A program made the position numbers and the translations under genes. Positions 13,667 through 28,004 of a stretch of DNA of 64,000 nt are shown here, one piece after another; the stretch's first letter is position 1; each line of letters begins with the position of its first letter. The notes beneath the pieces were generated by a model, which was not told where the DNA came from, did not search any database, and was given only the letters and a program-made list of their open reading frames with translations. Origin of the DNA: Convolutriloba macropyga (lineage: Eukaryota); the NCBI RefSeq assembly GCF_964194025.1, contig NC_134482.1, positions 1,178,001-1,242,000 on the forward strand. The letters run 5' to 3'.

Positions 13667-16600
13667 GAAAACTCCATTAGGAGTATTCCTTTTCTGGGAT
13701 GCAGGCGCGACAACTCCGATCGAATGGAAACAATGGTTCTCCACACTTAAAATGGCGATAATGGCATGCGATAACATTGAGGTGGATGAACTCCTCAAAC
13801 TAAAACCACAAGCAACCGACCTATTCTACCCCACTCTGCCCCAATAAGAGGACGAATTTGAAGGAAAAACAGATGATGAAGCAAAGAATAGAGAGCAAAA
13901 AAATGAAAAAAGGATAGTAGACTTCGAGAATGCAAAGTTATGGAACGAAAAGGAACAATCGTAGATAGAAGAATGTGGGACGAGGCAGACACAAAAGAAA
14001 AAGGCCTCATCTATTTATCACTCGGAGCAGACGCAAGAAGTTACCACCAGAAAAATCCCCACATACAAATAGAAAAATTCACCACACACAAACTAGTCCA
14101 CGAATTCAACATCACATTCACTATTCCACCGAAAACTACTCTCGATAGATTCACACACACTTTTCAAGTCTATGCAACACCAAGTTCACACCTTTTCAAG
14201 TCACCAATCACTGGAAAAGAAACATTCTGTAGTAGAGTTCGCGAAGTGGGCGCATTGTGCAATTTCAAAGATCTGGAAGATGATTTGATAAAGGAACTCT
14301 TCATCTCCAATATGGCAAACACATCGATTTAAATGGATTTACTGTCAGAGGATTGTACTCCCCAAAAAGTACTTGCTTTCGCCCAATAAATAGGGTGAGA
14401 GGCCAGGCAAACCAGCCAGGCAAAATTTATAAATCATACACAAGCAACACCAGTTGGTCACAAGTATTGTACGTCAGAAATAGACCACGACCACCAGCAC
14501 CACAGCGCACACGACAACAACCCACACTGCTAACACCCACAACAGGAAAAATTGAGCCATGCTACAAATGTGGTCATCCATTCATCAAGAATCACATCAA
14601 CATTGGTAAAACTCAAAATTTCACTTGTAAGATATGCTGAAAGATCGGCCACTTTACGTCATTATGCAAAGCACCAAACTTGGTAGGGGAAAACCAACCA
14701 CATTCAGACAAGAAAACAGAAGCATCACACAACAACAAAACCAGCAACAAACCAAAAGAGTCCGACACATACAAGAACAACAACAAAGCAAAGAAGAAGA
14801 GCCAGGAGAAGTAACAGTATATGCCGAAGCAGCCCAAAGCATCAAAGAATTGATGGAAGACTGGGCATCGGTTAATACAGTGAGACCATCAATATACAAA
14901 GAGATAAACAACGTGTCACTCAACAAAGACACAAGAGGAGAAATTTGGTTTAAAACAAACTGCGGTGAGACCAAAATTGATTGGGTAGCAGACACCGGTT
15001 CGCCAATATCTTTCAAGCAGGAAACTACGGCTACAAGCATAGTGTCCAAACATACGTCAACAAAAACAACGACATTCACGGAGAAGACAAAGTAAAAATG
15101 CTTCAACAACCAGGATATCCAGATAACTTGTGTACTACATGTAACATTCAAATTGGGATCATGGACGGCAACAAAAATGCAACATATTGCTAGTGAACAA
15201 CCTCCCTCAAAACGTCATGGGCAGAGACATACTACATCAGCTTGGAATCCGCGTTATAGCATCCAAACCAACTGGTAAAATTATTGGCCTAATATCCGAC
15301 GCATGAATTGAACAAAACATAATAAATTCGATAATCAGAAAATACCCACATTTGTGCACTCGAATAGGTAGCTCAATAAACCCACATGGCTAAATCAACA
15401 TTCAAAAAACCCCAACACAAAACAAAGGTAGAAGGGTACCACTACACCTATTTGAGCGAATAGAAAAAGAAATAGAAAAACTAATTGAAGACAAACAAAA
15501 AATCAGACTGGAAAAATGCTCATATGAATATTACATAAGCCCAGTGGTAATAATTGTTATGAAAGACAAAAGCATCAAAATAGCACTAGATTCAGAACTT
15601 AATGATGTTATACATAAAAACAAATACCAAAAGCAAAGCATAGATCATCTCAAAGACACAGTAGCAAAATATATCTCCGAAAGGAGTAAAGATCACGCAA
15701 CATTTTATTTTTCTAGAACTGACTTAATGTATGCCTACAGCCAAACACCTTTAGATCCACAGCTGAAAAAACATAGGTGGAAAAGCTACAGGAAGATTCC
15801 TAAATGGCTTTTACGGATTTACAGATACGCCGGCAACATTCCGAAAACGTATAGACGTGACATTAAGAAACTGCCACAACAAATTCGTTTTTCCCAGAAA
15901 TCACAGAAGGCAACATAGCCGAACATGAAAAAAGAACTAGATAAAATACTACAACTATTGAACAAAGAGAATCTAGCAATAAAACTACAGAAAAGCAAAT
16001 TCGCTTAGAAAGAAATATTTTGGTGGGGATTTCAAACAACACCAACTAGAATAAACCCAACTAAAAAGAAATGCGAATCAATAAATAAACTGGAATCACC
16101 GAAAACATCAAGACAACTCAGATCGTTTTTGGGATGCATCCACCACCTAATAAAATTCAAACTAAGATTAGCGGAACTATCGGAACTACCAATGCGACCC
16201 CTATTATTGAACAACAACACAAAAACTCAAAAAAAACTAAATTGGAAAGTAGAACACACAATCGCTTTCGAAAAAAACTAAAAAGCAAATAACCAACATC
16301 ACAAAAAAACACTTTGATATAACAAAAGAAACAAGATGAAAAGGGGAAGCAAGTAAGAAAAGACTCGATTTATGCTTAGAGCAAAAACTTGACTTCATTT
16401 GGAGACCAGACGCCTATGCAAGTCACTTTCTGAATAGATTAGAAGAGAGATACAGCAGAAGCGAACTAGAATTACTCGCCATTGTATGGGCAGAGGAACA
16501 CTTTAAATACTACTTATACGGCAAAATTTTTTTGTCACAATAAGATCATCAAGCACTTCTATCAGCCCTAAAAAACTATAGAGGTTATAAAACAAATCGA

Positions 16601-18030
16601 AGTTGACTAATCAGATGTATGGATAGATTAATACCATTCAACTTTACAACCAAACATATTGCCGGCAAAAATATGGGATTTGCTGACTAGCTTAGTAGAA
16701 ATCCCCCAGGTACACCGGCACCAGTAAACGAAGACGACGAGAAATTCGTCGTAAGCATGATAAAAATAATCGCTTCGTATTGAAACAAAATATATCTTCG
16801 CTCGGAGCAACCAAACTTTCAACTATTCGGTAATTTCAACTAATAAGATAGCAACAATCAAAATGAACGAAGTGACGTCACGCACAAAACACAGATAGAA
16901 CAAACCAGTCGCTTCGTTCATTGCTAAATTCTAAGCCACAAATTCACTCTCAGTTGAGAGCAATTACAACAGCCCAAAACCCAGACAAAATACCTTCGAT
17001 TTACAAACTAAAAAACGCAAAAGGGCACCAAACAAAAAGAGTCCCCCTATGGATACAATCTCCCCAAATAAAACATTGCGTGATAATAGCACCCAAATAG
17101 ATCCCGATTCCCATAAAGGAAGAGGCCTAAGCGCCCTTAAAGAAGAAAGAAATGCCGAAATATTCACGGCAATTGATCAACTTCCCACACCTGAATATCG
17201 ACAAAACTTAATGAGAGTGTTCAATGAAGAATTGTTGGCTGAAAATTCAAAAAAGGACCTCCTTCCATTCATAGAATTAGAACAAAAAAGAGATTGGCTC
17301 ACCTTAAAGAAGGCTCACCCAGTATTCAAAAAAATTTTCTGAGACTTATCAGTTACACCAACTGGTTGCTTATTATACGACAACCGTTCAGTTATTCCTA
17401 CAAAATTACGTCCATTGGTGTTGCAGACAATTTTTAGTAAGCATCCGGGCCCAGCGGGAATGATTGCTATTGCAAGATGGGTGTGGTATCCACAAATTCG
17501 TAGCAAGATTGTCGCTCAGGTGCACAGTTGCAGAAACTGCATAGAGAAGGGTGAAAAATTGAAACTCTCATAACAAAAAACAATGTCGGTACTTTAATGT
17601 CGCCGGCCCCATACCCTATTAAAAAAGCACACAATATCACTACATACTGGGCACAGTTGACAGACTGTCGAGATTTCCTCACGCAGAAAAATATACTAAT
17701 TGCGACAACAACACATTTAATGAATATCTCGAAAACTATTGCAAACTACACGGAAACGGAATACCCCGCTCCATTAGGTGCGATCAGGCACAAGCATTTG
17801 AAGCAAAAGAATTCGAAATATTCAAAAAAAACTAGCAACAGCTGGTGACCAAAGATGCAGAGGTATGGTCGAACTACTCATACGAACAATAAAAAGAAGA
17901 TTAGCAGTTCTAGAAATTGATCCCAACTTGTCAAATGCAACTCTAAATCGGGAATCAGTGAAATTTCGTACCCAAACACCGAAGAACTACAAGAGCTAAA
18001 CAAAACACTGTAAACAATTGTTTCGCCCCT

Positions 18031-18041
18031 GGAGAGGGAAG
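18031..18041 (+). promoter_or_regulatory. Polypurine tract
   Basis: GGAGAGGGAAG directly abutting the 3' LTR. Confidence 0.85.
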
Positions 18042-18472
18042 TGAGATACAGGACTAAACAGATTCCTGAAATTGCAACCAAGAAATTATATTACCTATCT
18101 ATAAAAGCGTAATCCATTATTTTATCTACTTACTATCTTTGTACATAGCTTCACCAAATGGCTAACTGCTCATTTCATGGAACTGGTTAGACTGATGCTA
18201 GCTGTCATTAACTTCTTAGAAAAGCGCAGACGAGATTATTAGCGATATGATTCAGTCGCTTCGTGGCTCAATAGATATTATTGCACACAGTAGTCTTGAT
18301 ACACAAACTCAGATAATTGGAATCACCCAGATACACATAGAGAAACCTGCACAGACACAGATACAGATAATACATGTTCATCCAACCAACTGGTTTGGTC
18401 TAATCCGAATCAACAATCTCTACATCCACAAATACTACGCCAATTGGTATACTTAACTCACGTTACTTCTCA
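18042..18472 (+). repeat. 3' LTR (431 bp)
   Basis: TGAGATACAGGACTAA start shared with the 5' LTR; ends TTCTCA followed by TSD ATCAG. Confidence 0.92.
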
Positions 18473-21399
18473 ATCAGTAAAATAAAATTTTGATGAACTA
18501 GAACAAACCATAAAATATAAAATTGACAAACCCACTGTTATATGTCTTTCGGAAACCTGGTTGCCGTCTGATTGTTTTTTCAAATTTCGGATATAATTTA
18601 GAAAATCCGGATATAGTACCGTAATTTCATACAGCGCGAATAAAAGCATTGGTGTTGCTTTCGATTTTGATGAAACGGTAGCATATGAAGTCATACAAAC
18701 ACCAAGCGGTCTCTGTTTCTTTTCGTTAACAATAAGATGTTTTAGTACCAAAAATGTAATAATTTGCAGTATCTAAAAACAACCATCCACTAGCTACCTT
18801 GATTTTTTAAACGATTTTGAAATACTACTTACATGTCTACAACAGCACGAACTAAAATGTGATTTCAACATAGATTTATTTCAAAATTCTAAATTCGTTA
18901 ACGAGTACTATGCAATACCTATACAAAATAGTTTGACTCAAAGTCTAGACTTCCCTACGAGAGTAACAGATAACACCACAACGTAAATTGATCACGTCTT
19001 TTATAATGAAAGAGTTAATTCCGTTTAATGCTGTATCAATTTTCCAAGCATTACTGATCATTATGCATTTAATACAAGCTTTGATTGGCCAACTAAAACT
19101 GAAGATCAAATTAAGGAATCAAAAGGTATCCATTTCTGATTAATGTGAAAGCCCTGAATGATTTTCGGAAACTAGTTTCATCTAAAATGACTAGTTTTTC
19201 TTACGGTGACTGCCTTCGGAATGTACAAAGAGCCTTATTAAAATTATAAGATAAGCAATAGACGAAAGATCTTAAATTGAAACAAAAAAGAATAAATCTA
19301 TAAAGTGTCCGTGGGTAAATAAAAAATTTAACAACTTTATTACAGAAAGGAACGGTTTCTTAAAAAACTTAGTGAAGTGCCGGATTTCTAAAATACAATC
19401 TAAATATGTAATGCTTAGAAATAAAAAACAAATTAATTTCTCCGCTTTTATAAAAAAAACAGTAAAAGTTGAGCTCAATTAGTAGAAGGAATAGCAAAGT
19501 TGGCACAATATCAACTGAAGATGAACATGGAACTACCACTGAAACTTATCACGAAGTCACTGATTTCTTCATTAATTAGTTTTGTTCTTTTGGTAAGAGA
19601 AATAGTAGCTCGATGGAAACACCAATAAATAAAGTTAACACAAGCCCAGCAAATAACCCAAAATCAATTTACGTTTTTGATTGTACCTATACAGAAGCGT
19701 TCAATTTGTTGCAAAATCTTGTTGCTAATAGAGCAACTGGGTTGAATAGAAATCCTGCTAGATTCTAAAACTTTCTGGAAATATTTTTGCGTACCCTGTC
19801 TCATTCTTAGATAGTCTATAACTCACAAAGTTATTTTTCCTGACTGTTTGAAACATGCAAAGAGTTTGTCCAACACATAAAGCTGGAGCAAAACGGAGAG
19901 TCGTCAATTATTTACCCATATCTGTGCTTCCTGCATTGAGCACAATTTTCGAAATATCAATGTTCAACCGTCTCTATAACTTTCTAAGAAATAAAAAAGT
20001 TTTATATAAAAAGCTATTTGGTTTCCAACCCAAACGCTCTATAACCGACGTCCTGATTCAAAATTACAAAAAGCATTTGCTTTGTGCAAAAGAATTTTAC
20101 TGTCGCTTTTTACTTGACATTAAGAAAGCGACTGACACTAACAATCATTCCAAACTTCTTCAAAAAACTTTCTGAATATGGTTTTAGAAGAGCTGCATTA
20201 GAATGGTTTCAATCATAATTGACAAGCAGAACCCTTTGTGTTAATTTAGGCTATGGCCTATCTCGATTAGAGGTCATCATTTTTGGCGTACCACAGGGTT
20301 CTTTTTTAGACAACAGTTATTTGGTCTTTATATGAGCGGTTTGCCTCTCTGTCCTGAGCAATTAGATCCGCATGTGTTGGCAGATGACACAAATATATTC
20401 TGTGAATACAACTTGTTAAATATTTATGCTTTGAATGATTAGCTCAATTAGATTACGTTATGGTTTGCGGAAAAAAGCTGTGTTTGAATTCTTCTAAGAC
20501 ACTGCTAATGAATTTTACAGCCTATCATGTCGTATGCTTTGTTACTGTATGGATGCACCTTAAAAAATTGAATTGATTATACGTACTTCAGAAAAAAATT
20601 TACGGATAATTTACTATAGTGGCCGATGTGAACACATCAAAGATAATTTTGCGAAAAATAACGTGTTATCCATATTCGAACTTTACCTAAAAAAGCTCAT
20701 AAAGTACATTTTGATCTATGGTCAAACTAACAAATATTAACTGAAAATTGTCACAGAAATAATAGGTTTTGTTATACAAAATCGAACACAGCAGTTCAAC
20801 CTAAAATAACTAAGATTAAAAGTACTGCTCAAAAAATTCACGTACGGACGTCCGGATCTGTACAATTTTTTGTAATATCAATATGGAATATCGCCCCTTG
20901 AAACTAATTTATCTGGATTTGCGCTTAAGAAATTAACAGACCGTATAATTAATCCAATAATTATTAATGAAATTGTTTCTGAACGACTGTTCATGTAATC
21001 TATATTTATTATTGAGTTATATAGTAATTATTCACTCTTTGACCCAAGGGCACTCCCATGCAGCCACTTCGCTTTGGAGGTTCCACTTTGGTGCTATATT
21101 TTAAATTTTGTAAGATCGTTTTGTAAAACTTTTGATTATGCATCGGAGAAATTCGTTCATTCATTCAACTGTTAATGATTTGGATTCGGTTCGATGTATC
21201 CTAAACGTTTCACAGAAACAGCAATTAACATTTGCTGAAAAAGGTTGCTTAATGGCCACAGAGAAACCTACAAGATTTAGTGGAACTATTGACAAAATAC
21301 AACAATTGTTTTTAATTTTGCTATCGAGCAACTCCAACTCACCAACTTTTTGGATATTTTTGCTATAGTACAGTGGAATGGTTGAGACAAAAACTTCTC

Positions 21400-24095
21400 T
21401 GATTCTTATGGCTTAATGCAGAGTCTGTCAATGATAAAATTAAACTGAATGTTAGAAACAAGTATATACTAGATCAAAAACTCACAGGTACGTTTTAGAG
21501 GGATCTTCTGTTTTTGAACGAGAAATTTAAATAGATCGCTTCTGGCAATTGTTACAAATAACTATTCAAAATCAAAAAAGCCTCAAAAAATAATATTGTT
21601 CAATAATTAAAATATTGTCTATCCAAATCAAGCGATTTCTATTCTCGCAATCGTGGCATGTAGAGTAATCCTTGTGACTGAGTGTTCTAGACGAAATACA
21701 TTTTCTAGATAAAATCAAAACTTCTTTTGCGAATCATGTACCCATAGAGGGCAAAATAATTAGGAACCAAAAACAGTCAGCTCTTTGTTTAGCAAATATT
21801 TATTTACCTCGAATGTAATTTAGCTTTCAAAACACGTCAAAAATCTAGGTATCTTTCAAAACAGTTCCAAAGCAAGAAATTACAATCAATCTGGAGCACT
21901 ATAGAAAAATTTTTGGACATATTGATCAAATAATATAGTGATCAGGTTCTAATTTCTCTCAAAAATCTCAAAACATAAAACTCAAATAGAAATTTCTAAA
22001 TGATAGAGATTCCTCTCAGGTCTTCACAAATATTCCAGCTTTATGGATATAATTTTTTGATAAGATTATTGACAACAAATATAGAGACCGCATCTTTAAT
22101 TTTCCTATCAACCTGGGTTATTATAATGGAGATTTTTTTTCTGTTAACCCTGATACCTCAACTTCCAGGCCATTTTTTAAAAACAATTAATGCGGCGTGC
22201 ATGCTCTCTACTATATTGGGAATTCAATCCAAAGAAACAAATGACAAATCAAGACAAAAAAGGACTGTTTGTTTGAATACAGACTGATATGATTGACTAA
22301 CGCTTCTTCTAAAATTTTTGAAGCTTTTTGGCTATAGAAAATAAAAAATTAGTTTTACGAATTGATTCAGAACAAAGTTATCAACTAATGATGCTTAACA
22401 CTTATAGACCAATTCCTTTTGTAATTAAGTAGACAATAAATAATGAGTAGACCTATGAAAATGCTTTTTCAATTCTAAAAGATTGAGAAAATTAGCTTCA
22501 GTCCGTCGGAATTAAGTTTTATGGAAAACTTCTTGACCGATGATTATCAACGATTTCGATAAATTTTTTGTGCACAAGGCTCTGGTCGCAATAAAAAGTA
22601 AAACGGAGCCTCAATTCTGAAACTAAATTTTCAACAAAATAATACAGTGTTTTTCCAGGTAGCTGGGAAAACTCAGTAGTCGTTCCCAACTAAGAAAAAA
22701 ATTGTAAGTCTGATTTAGAGAAATATAGGCAGGTTTCTCTTCTGACAATTGCATCTAAAATTTTTGGAAAGTTGTTTGTTTATATGTCTTTAGCGCCATT
22801 TAGAACCAATATTCCACCAAGCCCAATATGAATTTTGAAAAATTATCTCTTGCTTCGGTTAATTTTCGGTTTACCTAGAATCTATCTATAAATCAATTGA
22901 TTCAAAAGGAAATACTGACATAATCTATACCGACTATGAGAAAGCTTTTGATAAGGTCGATCACGGTAAACTTTGAACAAATTTAATTAATCTCGGTGTC
23001 CGCGGGAAAATTATCAAATTACTTCAATCTTACTTTATCGGAAGGAGGCAAAGACTTAGAATCAACGGTCATTTTTCTGAAAGCGTTAACGCTACAAGTG
23101 GAGTTCCGCAAGGATCACTTCTGGCATCTCTCTTCTTTGTAATCTACGACAACGATTCACCAGAAACTTGCAGAGCTGTTATTCCTCTCTTCTGTGCCGA
23201 TGACTCTAAATTGATATCAGTTAGTAAGACCAGCTTTATTCTTTAAATGGCTCTTAATAGGGTGATGAGATGGAATGAACAACACAAACTTCACCGAAAC
23301 GTTGAGAAATGCTCTCATATCTCAATGTGTATTTCCATGCTCCATTTTACTTATTCTGTAACCTTGATCGAAAAAGTACACATATTGAAAGATTTAGGAG
23401 TTTATGTAACAAACAATCTTAAGTGGGGAAATCCACAAAAAAAAGTTCTAGAACAAAGGGCTTAGAATTCATTTCATGTTAAGAAAAGCTCACGACCACT
23501 AATTTCGTCAGGTAAATTAAATTTGTAAAAATCTATGGTAGTGCCGGTTTTGTTATACGGAAGAGTTTGTTGGTTTGCTAATGTAACAAACTCAAAAGAA
23601 CTCAAAAATTATTCAGAAAAAGATTTTGAAATGGATCAACAACAAGAGCAGTAACAATTATAAAGGACTTTTTCTGTTGCAGTCCTATCTTACCGCTTTC
23701 TTTATATCTACAATTTCAAAATTTACTTTGCATTCAAAAACTTTAACGGGTCATTTCAATTTTAACATTGACCAATTTGCCTGCCTGAGGACCACCGCAC
23801 GTTCATTACGGAGTGACATCGAATTGAAACTCGACCATTCAAAATCACGCCTTGAAATTTGCTAGCAAAGCTTTTTAGAACTTGTGCTCTTGTGAAAGGA
23901 CTTCCACAGAGTTTACACGTTGGAACTGCTGTGGATTCCAAAAGTTGACTACTCAATTTTCTGTGGCATTTTTTTGAAACGAGTTAAAACGAACTGGTCA
24001 GCAATACGTGGAAAATTAAACAGCAGACATGGACAGAAGAACGTGACACAGTCCCATGCCTGACAACACCGAAGGGCCAAATCCCTACTACTACA
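21400..24095 (+). mobile_element. Decayed CR1/L2-type LINE (EN-RT)
   Basis: YTDYEKAFDKVDHG (~22926), SGVPQGSLLASLFFVIYDND (~23096), FCADDSKL (~23190); ends in a short (CTA)n tail at ~24084-24095. 5' boundary approximate. Confidence 0.85.
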
Positions 24096-24179
24096 ATGTG
24101 ACTATCATTGCCTGTTTTTTTTATCCCGATAATAGATAATAAAGTTGTTATGAATCAAATGAAAATATATATAGCAAAA

Positions 24180-26990
24180 AATCGCTATTTGGATTAAAAG
24201 ATCTGCAATAATAAGGAGTTATCTGCCAGCAAAAACTTCGGAAACATTAGTAGATGCGGATCTATTCTGTTTCAGACCCCCAGTTCAGTGAGCAAAAATT
24301 TTTTATGACCCCTAGGCGCATTACATGACAAAACAAGTGGAGGTGTTCTGTTGCTCTATATAACAAACGGATAATTTGATGGGTAATTACAATAGCATCT
24401 TGAATAGTGAGCATCTTGAATAGTGATCGGAGAGCATCGTGAATATTGATCATTACGGAACAGTCGCTATTTTTAGAAGAAAAAATGACCATGTAACAAA
24501 TGCCGATAAGAAAATTTTTCTTCGACAAAAAGAATTATTCTAACGAAAAACTCCAGGAATATATTCGGAATTCAGATTGGAGTCTTTTCTGGATGTCACA
24601 ATAAGCTAACAAAAAAATTCCAATTTTGTATCATAGTCGAGAAAGCAAAAAATATGCATGCACCATTGAAATCTTATTTTGCGAGGAATGATAAACCGAA
24701 AGTTTTTCTGGGTAGAAATAAATTCCTAACTATTACGCAGCGAAAATTTCCAATGTTTCAGAAAAGATAGGAATCGTTCATTTGATGGCAAACAAATGGA
24801 GATGGTCAGCTGCTCTATATAACAAACGAATAAATTTGATGGGCGATAACAATATTGATTTTTTTGAAAGAATGAAAAACGAAAATTAGAAACGCTATTT
24901 ATTCCGTACGAGTTTGTGTGATGTATCAAAAACATCGGGACAAGAAAGACTATCCACAAGACTGCATTGATTGTTTATATCATCGCATAAAACTTCAAAA
25001 ATAGTTTAGTCACCGAGCGCATCTTGAACAGTGATCATTCCGGAACAGTTGCTATATTAGAAGAAAAAATGGTCATGAAACAAATGCTAATCAAAAAAAC
25101 TTCGTTCGACAAAGAGAACTTTTCTAAGGACAAACTCCAGGAGTATATTTGGAATTCAGATTGGAGTCTTTTTTGGATGTCACAAAATGCTAAAAAAATG
25201 ATGCTTCAATTTTGTATCATAGTCGAGCAAGCAATAAATGTCCTTGCACCATAGAGATCTTGTTTTGTGAGGAATGATAAACCCAAAAAGTTTTTCTGGA
25301 TAGAAATAAATTCCTAACTATTACGCAGTGAAAATTTCCAATGTTTCAGAAAAGATAGAAATCTGTCATTGCATGACAAAACAAGTGGAGGTGGTCTGCT
25401 GCTCGATATAACAAAAAAAATTTAGATGAGCGATTACAATAGCATCTTGAAAGGTGAGCATATTGAATAGTGATTGGAGAGCATCTTCAATAGTGATCAT
25501 TACGGAACATTCTACAATGTACGGAGGTTTTCAAGAACGGAAATGGATAAAAAAGAATACAGTTGGAGCATTCCTCGATCTCTCAAAATCTTTTGACTCA
25601 ATCTCACAAGAAATACTAAAAGAAAAATTGAAATGTTTAGGATTCGACAGAACATCTGCACAATTGATTAGATCCTATTTGAAAAACAGAACTCAAAAAG
25701 TAGTTTGCTCAAGAAATGAGGCCGACTGGATTTTCATAACAGAGGAGTGCCACAAGGCACAGTATTAGGACCATTATTGCTCAACATCTGTGTGAATGAT
25801 CTTCATAGAGCTCTTGATAATGACAATTGTCAAGTAATCCAGCAAGCTGGTGACACTTTCCTTTATTCTTCTCATAATAATGAAAATGTAGCCAGAAGTT
25901 ATTTGGAAAAAAATATTGAATAATTTTGTTATTACTTCCAGTCACATCAATTAATGATGAACAATATAAAGACAGAATTTATCGTTTTTGCTCCATCAAA
26001 AAAGCACGAACTCCACCATAGCTTAAGTTAACGGCATGAACATAGGAGAATCGTTGTTCTTAAGATATCTAGGAATAATAATAGACAACAAATTAAACAA
26101 GAAGAGATCAAAAGAGTACTATCCAGAATGGCGTGCAGCAACAAAATCTTGAAAAACATAAGTAACTGTTTTCCTATAAAAACTAGAGTAATACTATTGA
26201 ACACGCTTGTTTTAATTCACTTTCAATACTCATCTCTTATGCTCGTTGGTATCAGAAAAAATATCATGATGAGTTTAGAAAAACGCCCTAATTGCGGAAT
26301 AAAAGGGTGTTTCAAAAGATAAAAGAATGATCGCTCGATTGATTCAAAAATAAAAAGTAGAATCATGACTGTTGAGTTCCTTCCCAAATATCGATGCATG
26401 GTTTTTTTCTTGAAATTTATCAGGAAACAATTACCAGCTTTTAGCAACAACATTGTATTGCAAACTTCCAATTGCAACCAGAATGCTAGAAAAGGAAAAA
26501 TTATCAGGCTATGAAAAGTAATTCGAATTCCTCGGTAAATCACGGATGCTGTTTGTACATGAAATTGTACAATGAAGTTCCATATGAAAAGACAAACTCG
26601 ATAAGGCTAAAAACAGCAAAGGTTTTCTGAAAGAATTTATTTCAAGGAATATCTGAAGGACCCAAAGGCATTGGAATACAGAGATTTGTTGAGGGACCTT
26701 TTTTAAGTCTTCAATGTTTTTAGTTTCTTCATATCCAATATATATTTTTAATATTTTAATATTCCATACGTTGTAAAATATATTCTTATTGTTTTATGTA
26801 TTTCAGGATTTTGTACATTGCCATTTTGTTGACACTTTTATGGTGTGTAACATTTTGGAATTCAATGGTTTCCTTTTTATTATATAACGTATAATTTGTA
26901 AGTGGGGATCATAAAAAACACTGGCGGGGGGGGGGGCAACAGAATAGATCCATAGATTCTCTTGTGCTCGCACTTAAACTACTTGGCCCC
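24180..26990 (+). mobile_element. Decayed, internally rearranged CR1/L2-type LINE
   Basis: Duplicated segments at 24.3-25.5 kb; RT VGAFLDLSKSFDSI (~25560), GVPQGTVLGPLL (~25745), C-terminal LKYLGIIIDNKL. Confidence 0.8.
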
Positions 26991-27621
26991 GTTAATTAAA
27001 ATAAGAGAAATTTTGACCTTGTCTTTGGAATGAGAATTAAATTCGGGACTAAAAGTAGCAGATTTCAGATCAAAATTTAAAATTTCAAAAGAACTTAGTC
27101 AATAAAAACATTTTAGGCGACTTGACTGACGTTCAATCAGATAACATTTTTTCTGATAACAACAACAGAAAACGAGCATTCATAGGAGACTGGAAATTGC
27201 TGTGCGCATCTTCCTAGGCCATCGGTTATCTAGTTATTAATGTTTTTAATAGTAGTATTAGGGATTTGGCTCTTCGGTGTCGTCGGGCGCGGGGACTATC
27301 TCCCTGTTCTTTTTGCCACTAAATGGAACAATCTCTCAGTCTCATCGACTATAAACATCACAAAATTTGTAAAAGATTCTTTCGACTATAGTTTAGATAA
27401 TCCTCCAACATTTGAGAAGTAACCTCGAAAAATTTTCGATTTGACAAGCCGAGAAGTCAGTCTCTGTTTTGTGTTTATTAACTGACATTTTAGCACGTTT
27501 TTTGGTTAAAAATGGCTCTGCTTGTATTTATTTATACAAATAGGCAAATTCAAGCATCTTTTCTTTCTTCAGTATAAATTACTCTTGTATTGATAAAAAA
27601 TTTATTTTTTTTCAGCTTGCA

Positions 27622-27842
27622 ATGACACAGTTCAACTTGAAGCCTATCTCGTCATTTCTTCAGCCTTTGCGTTCAAAGTATCCGGATACCGATATTCAGT
27701 CAACGAAGTCTGATAACGTAATAGTGCAACCCAAACCTCATGTGTTTGAGCATGATTACGACGAGGTTTCAGTAGTTGCTAGCCAAGATGAACATTCCTA
27801 TTCCCTAATGAATGCAGATAGAAAATTACAAAATGAAATCAA
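27622..27842 (+). CDS. Divergent POU-class transcription factor, coding exon 1
   Basis: Open frame MTQFNLKP...QNEI preceded by acceptor ttttttttcag (27615); donor GTAGGT at 27843 is phase 2, matching exon 2. An additional upstream exon is possible. Confidence 0.7.
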
Positions 27843-28004
27843 GTAGGTTTATTAAAGTTTCTGGTCTTAAGTTTTTAGCGAGGTTGGTCATTTTACTACT
27901 ATAAAGGGGCAAAGTAGATATCAATCTATACAAATGATAATCAGTCTCTCCTTCTCTCCAAATTACGCTAATAGAATGATCTGTCTTAAGCTAATCTTTT
28001 TCAG

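Larger units (their letters stand above)
13216..18472 (+). mobile_element. Full-length decayed Gypsy (Mag-like) LTR retrotransposon
   Basis: Two LTRs TGAGA...TCTCA; PBS TGGCGCAGTC; PPT GGAGAGGGAAG; TSD ATCAC/ATCAG; Gag knuckles CYKCGHPF..H / CKIC*KIGHFTSLC; protease VADTGSP; RT FSRTDLMYAYSQ; RNase H YSRSELELLAIVWAEEHF; integrase Zn motif HPG..W.WYP..CRNC. All ORFs broken. Confidence 0.95.
12320..21100 (+). mobile_element. Decayed CR1/L2-type LINE interrupted by a Gypsy LTR element
   Basis: ORF1 DALEQYDRKDKI..GVVEE..DIFVCHRLPTRRNEPKSIIVKF (12660-12860); endonuclease DIRS|VK*NFDELE..VICLSETW across the insertion; RT NYLPISVLPALSTIFE, FGFQPKRS, LLDIKKA, GVPQGS, LADDT (19.9-20.4 kb). Confidence 0.85.

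Noticed and set aside
27240-27422. Upstream coding exon of the POU gene
   Set aside because: The only nearby donor-like site (GTAACC) is weak and out of phase with the 27615 acceptor; cannot be supported without RNA data.
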